IMG/VR virus record: IMGVR_UViG_3300042505_000752
Span: 32,001-96,000 of that record
Direction: 5' to 3' (one strand)
From: a virus
DNA: 64,000 bases
The position numbers and the translations under genes are program-made. This document shows positions 48,901 to 57,313 of this stretch, piece by piece. Position 1 is the stretch's first letter; each line of letters begins with the position of its first letter. The notes below the pieces were generated by a model. That model was not told where the DNA came from and ran no database searches. It saw nothing but the letters and a program-made list of their open reading frames with translations.

Positions 48901-49239
48901 ATGCTTGATCTATATGAGCGAGGCTGGTCTATTACGGATATTGCTAAAAAAATGGGAATTGGTGTTGCTACTGTAAAACAAATTCTTATAAAATTTGAAA
49001 AAGATAACAAAGTTCGCCTTCGTGGAAATAATGTTATTGAAAAAGAAAATCAAATAAGAAAACTTCTAAAAGAAGGTTTGCATCCTCGCGAGATTATGCG
49101 AGACATTATTGGCAATATTCCGTATGGCAGAATTTTAGAAATTGCAAAAGAAGAGGATATTGAAATCCCATCTATGCGTAAATTTAAATCCGACAATCAA
49201 AACTTCAATTCATTTGAGAACGATGATTATTTTTACTAA
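45997..49239 (+). CDS. 1080-aa multi-module head-associated protein with C-terminal array of HTH motifs
   Basis: Two GC.G....W.PC modules, LTQWFKEEWVD module, PTNPELYARVK..YKKRGGGY module, Cys-rich CGNC..C..C module, DGDGDG motif, several sigma-r4/LuxR-like HTHs. Confidence 0.65.
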   Translation: MAKMRASSKEDAMKIARYVGCSGAHQDKKGNWIPCANPEDLVEILDKSARNSTEKLTKKKRRRFVNGQWERLGERGPISIDTIDGGGLVSGMGKSLTQWFKEEWVDISRPKKGGGFEPCGRDDADKGKYPKCVPASRASNMSEEEIRSAVSRKRRAESTQSRDDKKPIYVPTDKKNDPFVLDEKSATPTNPELYARVKAEAKKKFDVYPSAYANAWLVREYKKRGGGYRSEKADDGDYEESVEDLTEMQLSDFIDWVDQKEKAEKVCPPATSDIGLNIKNRQNAINTAGYGPLNPKEPNVDFWEKKAKRWSVTIEESKKQKCGNCAVFIKTPRILECIESGLGNEAGDTAWDAINAGDLGYCEAFDFKCASARTCDAWVGGGPVTVEKGKQEEKAETSTIIIGRAKPRIGDPDVYTDPNSARLRSRKLGCIGIARRETPDGEVVWTPCTNISDQRRYQGETPLGQRDEARRFADRLAEVGGPDRKRRRMRKYKSLEFATDIKAFRTLGSSMNSRGISGNCRQFTGIDGDGDGFVCNPATREDDLPLTDTRKIFKRGGKMLSREELVEQDETMLNMFAKGEPLSRIAEEVGLDKREVEFLIKNFRKQQPKVAFTIFNNRDINIQKKREERRKLALENVRREANANRKLNARGEDPTPESDDDLDFTLDPDKVPQYLKKNFAKYMQRLKDPEFADEIKKIADDLRAGLGLAGTAKKYKRDSAFIEIVRRNEKITKTKKLQRELLGVPDFNNDTDDPDFTLDPDKVPKFLQRNLLNNIRIARSPEFAEERKKIADDLRLGLGIASVRLKYKRDSAFVDIVRRLEKIPKSRENKKVDPKIRQDVVDLVDKLIKDDNPFMSVAEIAKEFKITGIDARRIINAAKLEKYFDLHNKYTDAKRKKLFAEVAELHKLDLTYDEIGKRLGISENSVNHIAKKMKLPKRKFVTKRNVPQVIRRGGDVIPRSLAMKQNKEMLDLYERGWSITDIAKKMGIGVATVKQILIKFEKDNKVRLRGNNVIEKENQIRKLLKEGLHPREIMRDIIGNIPYGRILEIAKEEDIEIPSMRKFKSDNQNFNSFENDDYFY
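47960..48480 (+). repeat. Internal tandem duplication (~83 aa unit) in 45997..49239
   Basis: DFTLDPDKVP...EF.(D/E)E.KKIADDLR.GLG.A....KYKRDSAF..IVRR.EKI occurs twice, also visible in the DNA. Confidence 0.85.
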
Positions 49240-49401
49240 TATTTAACAATTTTTGTAATATAACTGTCAAAAAGTGCGGTGTTACACTAGAAGCACTTAC
49301 ATATCTGTTATTGTAAATTGAGACGCGGTAACTGGGTGCTTACCTGAGCATTACTGGTCAGAACAACCAAACCAAATCAACATTCTCAAGGAGAGAAAAT
49401 T

Positions 49402-50700
49402 ATGTCAGTAGACGAAGGTCGCCTCACAGAATTGCAGTCTGCACTGCGTTCAAAAATGGCTGATAACAAGGCTATCGCTGATTCGTTCAGCATTGAAGAT
49501 GGCGTTGTACAGGTCACCACCCAGCAAAAGTCAGCGTTTGACAAGAACATGTCAGACATCAAGGAAATCAAGAGCCTCATTGAGGGTCTTGAGTCCATGC
49601 GTCAGGTTGAGCAGTGGGGTTCCGCCCCTATCAGCGATTCAATCGCTGCTACTGCCGCTGCTGCAGGATTCCACATTCCCCGTGGCGCTAAGAGCCTCGG
49701 TGAATTGTTCATTGATTCGCCTGAATTCAAGTCGCTTGCTGGCGGTAAGAATGGCGCAAACATGCCCAGCCCGTTCCAGTTGAACAGTAGCGTCGCAGGA
49801 CTCGGTTCATTCAGCCAGAAGGACTTGTACTCGTCATTGCCGAGCGGTACTCCTGGTGCATTCGGTAGCGTTCAGCGCGACCCGATTGTTGTGCCCCCAA
49901 TGCGTACCAAGCGCGTTCGTGACTTGTTCCCGACCCGTACCACCACTGCCGCCGTTATTGAATACTTCCGTATGACTGGCTTCACCAATGCCGCTTCAAC
50001 CGTTGCCGAGCGCAATGGTGGAAACACCTCATTCGGTGCAAAGCCACAGTCGGGCTTCACTTTCGCTGGCGCTCAAGCACCCGTTCGTACCTTGGCTCAC
50101 TGGGAAGCCGCTCACCGCAATGTTCTTGCCGATGAACCGCAATTGCGTTCAATCATTGACAACGAATTGATGTACGGTCTGCGTCTTGCCGAAGATGACC
50201 AAATCCTCAACGGTGACGGAACTGGCGAAAACCTTGAAGGTGTTCTCCAGACCTCGGGCATTCAGGCATACGCAAAGGGCGACAGTGGCGTTGCTTCTGA
50301 CAACTATGCTGACGCGATTCGTCGTGCGGCTACCTTGTCGTTCCTCGCTTACTACGAGCCAACGGGCGTTGTTATGCACCCGAATGACTGGGAGCAGATT
50401 GAATTGTCCAAGGACGACAATGGTCAGTACCTCGTTGCTGTCAGCGTCGCCCTCGGTGGCGAACCCCGCTTGTGGCGCATCCCCGTTGTGGAAACTCCAG
50501 CAATTGCTGAAGGAACCGCTTTGGTTGGTGCATTCGGCACTGGCGCACAGTTGTACGACCGTGAGCAGGCTTCAATTCGCATCAGCGAACAGCATGCTGA
50601 CTTCTTCGTGCGTAACGCCATCGTGATTCTTGCCGAACAGCGCCTTGCGCTCGCCGTCAAGCGTCCTGAGGCATTCGTTGCCGTGGACTTCACTTCCTGA
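49402..50700 (+). CDS. HK97-fold major capsid protein
   Basis: N-terminal delta domain, RVRDLF, AHWEAAHRNVLAD, EDDQILNGDG, VMHPNDW, FVRNAIVILAEQR..VKRPEAF; RBS AAGGAG. Confidence 0.96.
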   Translation: MSVDEGRLTELQSALRSKMADNKAIADSFSIEDGVVQVTTQQKSAFDKNMSDIKEIKSLIEGLESMRQVEQWGSAPISDSIAATAAAAGFHIPRGAKSLGELFIDSPEFKSLAGGKNGANMPSPFQLNSSVAGLGSFSQKDLYSSLPSGTPGAFGSVQRDPIVVPPMRTKRVRDLFPTRTTTAAVIEYFRMTGFTNAASTVAERNGGNTSFGAKPQSGFTFAGAQAPVRTLAHWEAAHRNVLADEPQLRSIIDNELMYGLRLAEDDQILNGDGTGENLEGVLQTSGIQAYAKGDSGVASDNYADAIRRAATLSFLAYYEPTGVVMHPNDWEQIELSKDDNGQYLVAVSVALGGEPRLWRIPVVETPAIAEGTALVGAFGTGAQLYDREQASIRISEQHADFFVRNAIVILAEQRLALAVKRPEAFVAVDFTS

Positions 50701-50722
50701 TTCTAGAACGAATCAAGTGATT

Positions 50723-50747
50723 AGCCCCCCAGCAATGGGGGGCTTTT
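50723..50747 (+). terminator. Rho-independent terminator after the capsid gene
   Basis: AGCCCCCC-AGCAAT-GGGGGGCT-TTT. Confidence 0.88.
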
Positions 50748-50802
50748 CGCCGTTCTGGGACAAGTTTAGGTTGTATAATTAGGTAGTCGTTTTAGGGAGA
50801 GT

Positions 50803-51675
50803 TTGATGACGGTTTCTCAAAGTACTCGTTTGCAGGTATACAGATGGACTGAGGATACAGATGCATTTACTCGTGCACAAATGGACCTCAGCCATTCAAA
50901 TATTGAGTCATATGCTGCCAAGTTGACTACTGGCACTAGTTTGCCTGCTGTTTCTTCCGCATATGCCCGTTCTTTCTTTTTTAATACATCTACGGATAAA
51001 CTTTATTTTTACGATGTTGGCGATGATACTGGAACATGGCGCGAAATTACATTAGATGCGTCAATTAATAAGTCAATTTTTACAACTGCTGGGCAAATTA
51101 TTTATTCAACTGCTTCTGGCACTCCAGCAATCCTTGCTGCTGGGACTAGTGGTCAGTTTTTAACTACTTCAGGAACTGCTGTAAGTTGGGCAGAAGCAGT
51201 AACTCCAACTGGAACTCAGACATTAACGAATAAGACACTTACTTCGCCAAACTTAAATACTCCAACAGTTGTTCAGCCAGTATTGAGCCGAGCAATTGAG
51301 TCATGGACATATGCAACTACTGCACCAAGTGGCACCCTTACACTTGACCTTGCTGTATCCACTTCGTATTTCTATAACAATGCCACTGGCTCCAGTACAA
51401 CATGGACTCCAACTTTTTCCAACATTACATCACTCCTTGATGTTAATAATGAGGCATTGACTGTTGCTGTTATTAATAAAGTAAGTTCTACCGCAGCGTT
51501 TGCTGCCAGTATCACAATTACTGGAGCAACAACAACAACACTTCTTTGGCAAGGAGGAGTTACGCCAAGTGCTTCAAATACTAGTGCTGGAACGGATGCT
51601 TATATCTATACAATAGTTCGTACTGCATCTAATACTTATACGGTATTTGCTTCCCGTACACGATTCGCATTATAA
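50803..51675 (+). CDS. Fibre-like virion protein
   Basis: TGTQTLTNKTLTSP motif and C-terminal WQGG.TP......DAYIYTIVRTA..TYTVFAS domain typical of phage fibres. Confidence 0.7.
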   Translation: MMTVSQSTRLQVYRWTEDTDAFTRAQMDLSHSNIESYAAKLTTGTSLPAVSSAYARSFFFNTSTDKLYFYDVGDDTGTWREITLDASINKSIFTTAGQIIYSTASGTPAILAAGTSGQFLTTSGTAVSWAEAVTPTGTQTLTNKTLTSPNLNTPTVVQPVLSRAIESWTYATTAPSGTLTLDLAVSTSYFYNNATGSSTTWTPTFSNITSLLDVNNEALTVAVINKVSSTAAFAASITITGATTTTLLWQGGVTPSASNTSAGTDAYIYTIVRTASNTYTVFASRTRFAL

Positions 51676-51680
51676 ATAAT

Positions 51681-53405
51681 ATGCCCCTATTTACAAGTTT
51701 TTCAGCAATATCAGCCAGGTCACTTGGTATGACTAGTGGTATTGGTCCAGGGAAGCCGACTATGGGTTCCCCATCTGGCGTAACGGCAACAACAATAACA
51801 ATTAACTTTACTATTGTTTTAGGTTCGTTTGCACTTTCAAAATTTGAATATAGCCTCAACGGTGGGGCATACACTGGAAGTATTTCTGGCGTTGCTACTT
51901 CTTTTCAATTTACTGGGCTAACACCCAGTACTTCATATACATTTAGAATTCGCGCAGTTGATGTATCTGGTCAAATTAGTGAACCTTCTGATCTTGTAAC
52001 GCAAAGCACCTCAAGCGAAGTTGCGCCATCTGCGCCAACTGTTACCGTTACTCAAAAAGAGTCCACGGGAACACCAATTAACGCAACACGACTTGATGTT
52101 TCATTTGGAGCCGCCGCTGCTGGAACTTATCCAGTTGTTTATTATCAGTACTCCGTTTATCGTGGGGCGACATTAGTTACTGATTGGACGACGACACCAG
52201 TAGGTACGGGTACAACATTCACTTTGCTTAATTTGCTTCATAATGCTTCACATACTGTTTATGTTCGCGGTGTTGCTACAGCAAACGGAACAACCTTCGG
52301 AACTCAAGGTTCTGGCACTGCCTCTACGGATGCGGAAATTATCAATAGTGCCCCAACCGTAACTATTGATAGTGAAACAACTACAAATGTGACTTTTACT
52401 CGTGGTTCTTCATCTGGCGGAACTTACGGGGTTTCTCTTTATCGTTATCAAATTAAAAATGGTAGTGGTACTGTAGTTACTGGTCCTTTTGATTTGTCAA
52501 ATGCATCAACACAGTTTACTGTTGCTGCTGGTGTCGGCGTTAATGCTACTTTTTCTGTTGAAGTTTTCGCTATTTCCAGTACTTCGGGAACAAGTGGCTC
52601 TGTTGGTAGTGCTAGTGGTCAACTTGATCCAAGTACGCCAGACGCTCCTACGCTAAGTTTTGCCTCCACTGGCGCTAGCGAACGAGGAAGTGCATTTCTT
52701 TCTTGGAATGCACCAACTTATGCAACGCAATATAAAGTATTTAAAAATGGCGTTGAATACTCAACTACAACTTCAACATCAATGACTGTCGCAGTTTCTG
52801 CTGGTGCTGATTTTAACTTTACTGTCAAGGCGGGAAATAGGCTGGACGCTTTTTCTGGTAATTCCAATACCAAGTATATGACTACGGGCGCTCAGGTTGA
52901 TTGGGACCAAACGGTTTCAACAGCAAAATATATCCAGAACTATGGTTCTTGCGTTCAAGGTGACTCAATTAGTAGTCTTATTATTCAAGCACCAGTTTCT
53001 GCCTCTTCTTCAAGTGATGCTGGATATTATTATATTAATACAATAAAATTTGAGGCGTTAAAAAGCAGCGCAAGTGCCTTTGGATTTAGTGTTGGAGATA
53101 GTAATAGTCGTCCTCTTTATTTCCACAAAACATCAGGTTCACTACCCGGTGGATGGGGCGCTGGAGGGTATCACTCAATACCAAAATTCGCGCTCAGTAC
53201 AACAACTGGGTACTATTATGAATATGGTGTCTATCAAGGGGGTGCCGATATTTCAAATGTAGTTTTTAAATTAACTACAACTGTAGCATTTGGCAACAAC
53301 TGGGGTGCCTATAGTAGTGGTTGTGTCGCTGACATTCCCAATTCTATTACTGGCAGAAACTTTACATTAACTGGTTTTAGAATAACCTCAACAATATATG
53401 CTTAA
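51681..53405 (+). CDS. Fibronectin type III repeat virion protein
   Basis: GLTPSTSYTFRIRAVD, LLHNASHTVYVRGV, SWNAPTYATQYKVFKNG, FNFTVKAGN Fn3 patterns. Confidence 0.8.
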   Translation: MPLFTSFSAISARSLGMTSGIGPGKPTMGSPSGVTATTITINFTIVLGSFALSKFEYSLNGGAYTGSISGVATSFQFTGLTPSTSYTFRIRAVDVSGQISEPSDLVTQSTSSEVAPSAPTVTVTQKESTGTPINATRLDVSFGAAAAGTYPVVYYQYSVYRGATLVTDWTTTPVGTGTTFTLLNLLHNASHTVYVRGVATANGTTFGTQGSGTASTDAEIINSAPTVTIDSETTTNVTFTRGSSSGGTYGVSLYRYQIKNGSGTVVTGPFDLSNASTQFTVAAGVGVNATFSVEVFAISSTSGTSGSVGSASGQLDPSTPDAPTLSFASTGASERGSAFLSWNAPTYATQYKVFKNGVEYSTTTSTSMTVAVSAGADFNFTVKAGNRLDAFSGNSNTKYMTTGAQVDWDQTVSTAKYIQNYGSCVQGDSISSLIIQAPVSASSSSDAGYYYINTIKFEALKSSASAFGFSVGDSNSRPLYFHKTSGSLPGGWGAGGYHSIPKFALSTTTGYYYEYGVYQGGADISNVVFKLTTTVAFGNNWGAYSSGCVADIPNSITGRNFTLTGFRITSTIYA

Positions 53406-53447
53406 TAACTATCACTATAAAGTAAACACCTATGTCATAATATAGTT

Positions 53448-53678
53448 GTGAAAACAATCCTTCTTCGCATCCTTGCAACATTTGCTGCTTCTGGTCTTGG
53501 CGTTATTGGAGCAGGAGCGATTGCTAATGTCCCCATTTGGAAAGCCATGATTATGGCTGGAATTGGTGGAGTTGCACTAGTTATAGAAGGTCTTTCACGG
53601 GCATATCTGGATGACGGCAAACTTAGTAAAGAAGAAATTAACGCCGTTTTCAGTAAGGTAGACAAGAAGGCCAAGTGA
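53448..53678 (+). CDS. Holin-like membrane protein
   Basis: Two TM segments followed by DDGKLSKEEINAVF tail; upstream of the endolysin. Confidence 0.55.
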   Translation: MKTILLRILATFAASGLGVIGAGAIANVPIWKAMIMAGIGGVALVIEGLSRAYLDDGKLSKEEINAVFSKVDKKAK

Positions 53679-53679
53679 C

Positions 53680-55497
53680 ATGACGGGCTTTTTTGACCGT
53701 CTTAAAAATATAGCGAAAACGCTATTTCGTTATGGTGGGCTTATTTATACTCCTATTGCAATTCTTGCCTTTTTTGCCCCATCTACTGTACGGGCTACAT
53801 CCGATCCTTTGCCTTTTACTCCCGCAAACAATGGTTGCGGTCCATATCAAGCATCTACTGTCACGGGATCTTCTGGCGGTGCGATATGGGGTTCTAATCC
53901 CTACACTGATGACTCAACATTCTCCTCGGCGGCTGTTCACGCGGGTTTAATTGCCATCGGTGAGACCGCAATCATTGAGCCATACATGGTAGACAACTAC
54001 CCGTCCTACAAGGGTAGTGCCGCAAATGGTGTATCAACCTACGACTGGGGAGGGTCTTGGTGCGGCTATTACATTCGTATTTTTGGTACTACAGGAGAGA
54101 TTCCCACTACCACGGAACCAAACACCATTTGTCCTCCTCTGAATTTAAATGTCATAGATAACGGCTCGTCAGTATTCTTGGATTGGGATGCGCCAAATTG
54201 TGGAAATGTGCAACCAGAACGCTATGCAATTTCTTGGAATGTCCCCCCTAACAATGGAGTTGGTATAGCAACAGGGAATAGCGGTGATGAAGAATCTTTA
54301 AAAACTTTCATGAACATTCCATACGAGACCGTAAATGATGCTGGAGCAATGCCTGCTGATTACAGATTTTCTGTTCGTTCAGATAATGATACTTTGCGTT
54401 TATACTCGGAATGGTCTAATGAGGTCACTTTAAGTCTTGCCGAATATCCAACTACAACCTCGTCAACTACGACAACGATTCCAGAAACGACAACAACATG
54501 GGTTCCAACTACAACATCCACAGTCCCTCCGACGACGAGTATTACTACTGCCCCAATAGAGACTGTCCCTGTAACGACGGAAGCACCGACGGAAACGACA
54601 ATTACGGAAGAACCAGAGACCACACCGACAACTGAAGCGGAGGTTGCAGTTGAAACCAGTGCCCCAGAACCAGAACAAGAAGGACCCGACTCAACGGTTC
54701 CTGAATCAACAGAACCACCCGAAACAACGCCAACGACGAGCGAAGCGCCGATAGAAGTACCAGAAGATGTTCAAGACGAGGCTGACGCTGCTGTAGATGA
54801 AATTCTAGCATCATCTGAAAATATTGAAGAACTATCCGATGCCGTTGATGAATTAGTTGCTGAGGCTGATACACCAGAAGAACTAGTGGCAGTTATTGAC
54901 GCTCTTCTTGGAACCGATCTAACAGATGAGCAGTTTGATGCGGTTATTGATTCGGTATTCTCCGAGCCATTAACAGACGAGAACTTCTCCGCCGCTCTTG
55001 ATGCCGTCTTTGATGAACCTCTTTCGGATGAACAGTTTGATTCTGTAATCACTGCAATTTTAGATGAACCTATCTCGGATGAACAATTTGAGGAACTAGT
55101 TAGTGTCCTTGAGTCTGATTCCGTCTCCGAGGAACAAGTCTCTGATGCTGTTGATGAAATTATCGCTAATGACATTTCAGGAGAGCAGGCTGTTGATCTT
55201 GCAACTAGCGCAAAAGTTTTGGAAAGTGTTAACGGGGATCAGGCAACTGAAATATTTGATGCTGTTGACATTTCTGCCGTCACATCAGAAGAAGCCGCTG
55301 AACTAATTTCTGCCGTTCAAGACGCTCCAACGGAAGTAAAAGAAGCATTTGAAACTGAAATCAATGTTTTCCAAGGGGCTATTGATACATATGTTCCTCT
55401 CGGCTCAAGTATTTCAGTTGGCGAACGGCGCGTAGTAGTTGCAGTTAGTGCCGTAATTGTTGTTGCCCCAGCCCCAATTATTTCTAGGAGACGCTAG
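53680..55497 (+). CDS. Secreted, membrane-anchored protein: LCCL + Fn3 + Thr/Pro/Glu linker + acidic repeats
   Basis: Signal-like N-terminus, IWGSNPYTDDS.FSSAAVHAG LCCL signature, poly-T linker, D/E-rich repeats, C-terminal hydrophobic VVVAVSAVIVVAPA then RRR. Confidence 0.7.
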   Translation: MTGFFDRLKNIAKTLFRYGGLIYTPIAILAFFAPSTVRATSDPLPFTPANNGCGPYQASTVTGSSGGAIWGSNPYTDDSTFSSAAVHAGLIAIGETAIIEPYMVDNYPSYKGSAANGVSTYDWGGSWCGYYIRIFGTTGEIPTTTEPNTICPPLNLNVIDNGSSVFLDWDAPNCGNVQPERYAISWNVPPNNGVGIATGNSGDEESLKTFMNIPYETVNDAGAMPADYRFSVRSDNDTLRLYSEWSNEVTLSLAEYPTTTSSTTTTIPETTTTWVPTTTSTVPPTTSITTAPIETVPVTTEAPTETTITEEPETTPTTEAEVAVETSAPEPEQEGPDSTVPESTEPPETTPTTSEAPIEVPEDVQDEADAAVDEILASSENIEELSDAVDELVAEADTPEELVAVIDALLGTDLTDEQFDAVIDSVFSEPLTDENFSAALDAVFDEPLSDEQFDSVITAILDEPISDEQFEELVSVLESDSVSEEQVSDAVDEIIANDISGEQAVDLATSAKVLESVNGDQATEIFDAVDISAVTSEEAAELISAVQDAPTEVKEAFETEINVFQGAIDTYVPLGSSISVGERRVVVAVSAVIVVAPAPIISRRR

Positions 55498-55706
55498 TGG
55501 AAAGTCCAAAGAAGGGAATAGTAAAGAAAATGTTTAAAAAATTCCGCAAAGAAATTTTTGCACTTTCGTGGACTCTTGGCGGAACCGCAATGGTTCTTAT
55601 TACGCTAAGTGGACAAACCTTAAATCAAGGTTTGTGGATTGTGCTTTTTTCATTTATTTTACACATGATTGGCGTATTGTTTACCAAAGATGACAACGCT
55701 AAATAA
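55497..55706 (+). CDS. Small two-TM membrane protein
   Basis: Basic N-terminus plus two hydrophobic helices; GTG start overlapping the previous stop. Confidence 0.55.
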   Translation: MESPKKGIVKKMFKKFRKEIFALSWTLGGTAMVLITLSGQTLNQGLWIVLFSFILHMIGVLFTKDDNAK

Positions 55707-55738
55707 TGTATAATATATAAACCACTTCTGGAGAAAAA

Positions 55739-56542
55739 ATGACACTTCCTTTCATTAAACTCGTCGTACCAACCGCTCTTAAGCAATATAAGAATGGTCA
55801 GTTGGCAGAGAGTGTGCTTGCGCCAGTTAAGACTGGCGGAAAAATGTATGCACCTGTCGCCTCTCAATTTAATAAGATGTATGACGCGGCGCTCGCTGCT
55901 GGGTTTAAACTGAAGAATGTTGGCGACTACCGCTCTTTTCAAGGTCAGTTGTCAATGTTTATGGATCGTTATGTAACGACAGACACTGGCACGGGTGTAA
56001 CTCGCCAATACGAAGGTAAGACTTGGTATCTCAAAAAGGGCAAGGCTCCTTCAGCCGCCCCAGACCCAACTGGTCTAAAGGGTTCTAATCATGGCTGGGG
56101 ACTAGCAATTGACCTCGGTTACGATGTCAACGGTAAACTCACCTCAATGGGTGGTGCTTGCTTTGATTGGATGTGCGCCAACGCCCCCAAGTATGGTTTC
56201 TACCTTCAGGGCAACAACAAGGCATCCAAGGAATTTGAAGCGTGGCACTGGCAGTACGCTCTTGGTGATGCTTCTCCAGACGGTTCAGTTCAAGCCGCTC
56301 CTACATCCGCCCCTGCACCTGCCCCCGCTGGCGGTGGAATGAAGTTTGATTACCCTGGCGCGCCAGTTAAATTAGGTTCAAAGGGAACTGCCGCCTCCCT
56401 TGTTCAAGCAATCATTGGTGCAAAAGCAGATGGAGACTTTGGTCCGAAGTCTGTCGCCTCACTAAAGGCTTGGCAAACTGCACATGGCTTAACTGCCGAT
56501 GGTTCAGTCGGACCAGTCACATGGAAAAAGATGTTTGGCTGA
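55739..56542 (+). CDS. Endolysin: M15B (VanY-like) peptidase + peptidoglycan-binding domain
   Basis: YRSFQGQ, SNHGWGLAID, EAWHW; C-terminal ADGDFGPKSVASLKAWQTAHGLTADGSVGPVTW PG_binding_1. Confidence 0.9.
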   Translation: MTLPFIKLVVPTALKQYKNGQLAESVLAPVKTGGKMYAPVASQFNKMYDAALAAGFKLKNVGDYRSFQGQLSMFMDRYVTTDTGTGVTRQYEGKTWYLKKGKAPSAAPDPTGLKGSNHGWGLAIDLGYDVNGKLTSMGGACFDWMCANAPKYGFYLQGNNKASKEFEAWHWQYALGDASPDGSVQAAPTSAPAPAPAGGGMKFDYPGAPVKLGSKGTAASLVQAIIGAKADGDFGPKSVASLKAWQTAHGLTADGSVGPVTWKKMFG

Positions 56543-56548
56543 TAGTCA

Positions 56549-56896
56549 ATGGAACCATCTAAAATTGCACTAATTCAAGCACTGCTTAGTGGAGCGCAAC
56601 TTAATGTTGTCCAAGAAGGTCCTCGGCTAAATCCAGCAGAAAAAGATTTAGCATCTGCACTTCTTGGTATTGCTCAAAAGCACGGAACATTTGATCATTC
56701 TGGTTGCGGAATCTATGCTTCCTATGAAGCAGGAGCGGTAAACGAGACGCAGAACATTGGCGTAAAGTGCGAAAACTGCGTTTTATTTGCTGGTGGGAAT
56801 CGTTGTAAAATTGTTTCGTTCCCCGTTGAAGCAACTGGCAAGTGCAGATTCGCAGTTATCCCTGACGGCGTAGTCAAGGGATACGGAAAACTGTGA
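56549..56896 (+). CDS. Small Cys-motif protein (HiPIP-like CxxC..C..C spacing)
   Basis: KCENCVLFAGGNRCKIVSFPVEATGKCRFA. Confidence 0.45.
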   Translation: MEPSKIALIQALLSGAQLNVVQEGPRLNPAEKDLASALLGIAQKHGTFDHSGCGIYASYEAGAVNETQNIGVKCENCVLFAGGNRCKIVSFPVEATGKCRFAVIPDGVVKGYGKL

Positions 56897-57273
56897 GTAA
56901 CAGATTCTTCTACGAAGCGAAGGTTTTAAATGTTGTTGACGGTGATACTTTGGACCTCTTGGTGGACCTTGGTTTCAGCGTACATCACAATATCCGCGTT
57001 CGTTTGCATGGCATCAATACGCCTGAATCAAAAACGACGGACATCAAAGAAAAAGAACTTGGATTAAAGGCAAAAGATTATACAAAGGACTGGATTAACA
57101 GACACCCTCAAGTTTTTGTTAGCACGGTTAAAGATAAAAAAGAAAAGTTTGGTCGCATTCTTGCAAATATTTATAGCGACGAAACAAAAACAGTATCGTT
57201 AAACGAGTCCTTAGTTGACGCAGGGTACGCTCGCGTCTATAACGGCGAAAAAAGAACTGGGTGGTTTGATTGA
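56893..57273 (+). CDS. Thermonuclease (SNase family)
   Basis: VVDGDTLD, VRLHGINTPE, EKFGRILA, LVDAGYA. Confidence 0.92.
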   Translation: MSNRFFYEAKVLNVVDGDTLDLLVDLGFSVHHNIRVRLHGINTPESKTTDIKEKELGLKAKDYTKDWINRHPQVFVSTVKDKKEKFGRILANIYSDETKTVSLNESLVDAGYARVYNGEKRTGWFD

Positions 57274-57313
57274 TATGGGACTCCAAAACCTACAGAAACA
57301 GTGGTATTAAATC

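Noticed and set aside
34829-49239. Giant head-region ORFs as virion RNA polymerase subunits or ADP-ribosyltransferases
   Set aside because: No DxDGD in an RNAP double-psi context (the DGDGDG at ~47575 sits in a short Cys-flanked motif) and no R-S-ExE ART pattern; DRHxxN/DxG kinase motifs fit better
49240-49401. Possible structured ncRNA or riboswitch upstream of the capsid gene
   Set aside because: Only a short TGCT-N6-AGCA hairpin is visible; the region is adequately explained as promoter plus RBS
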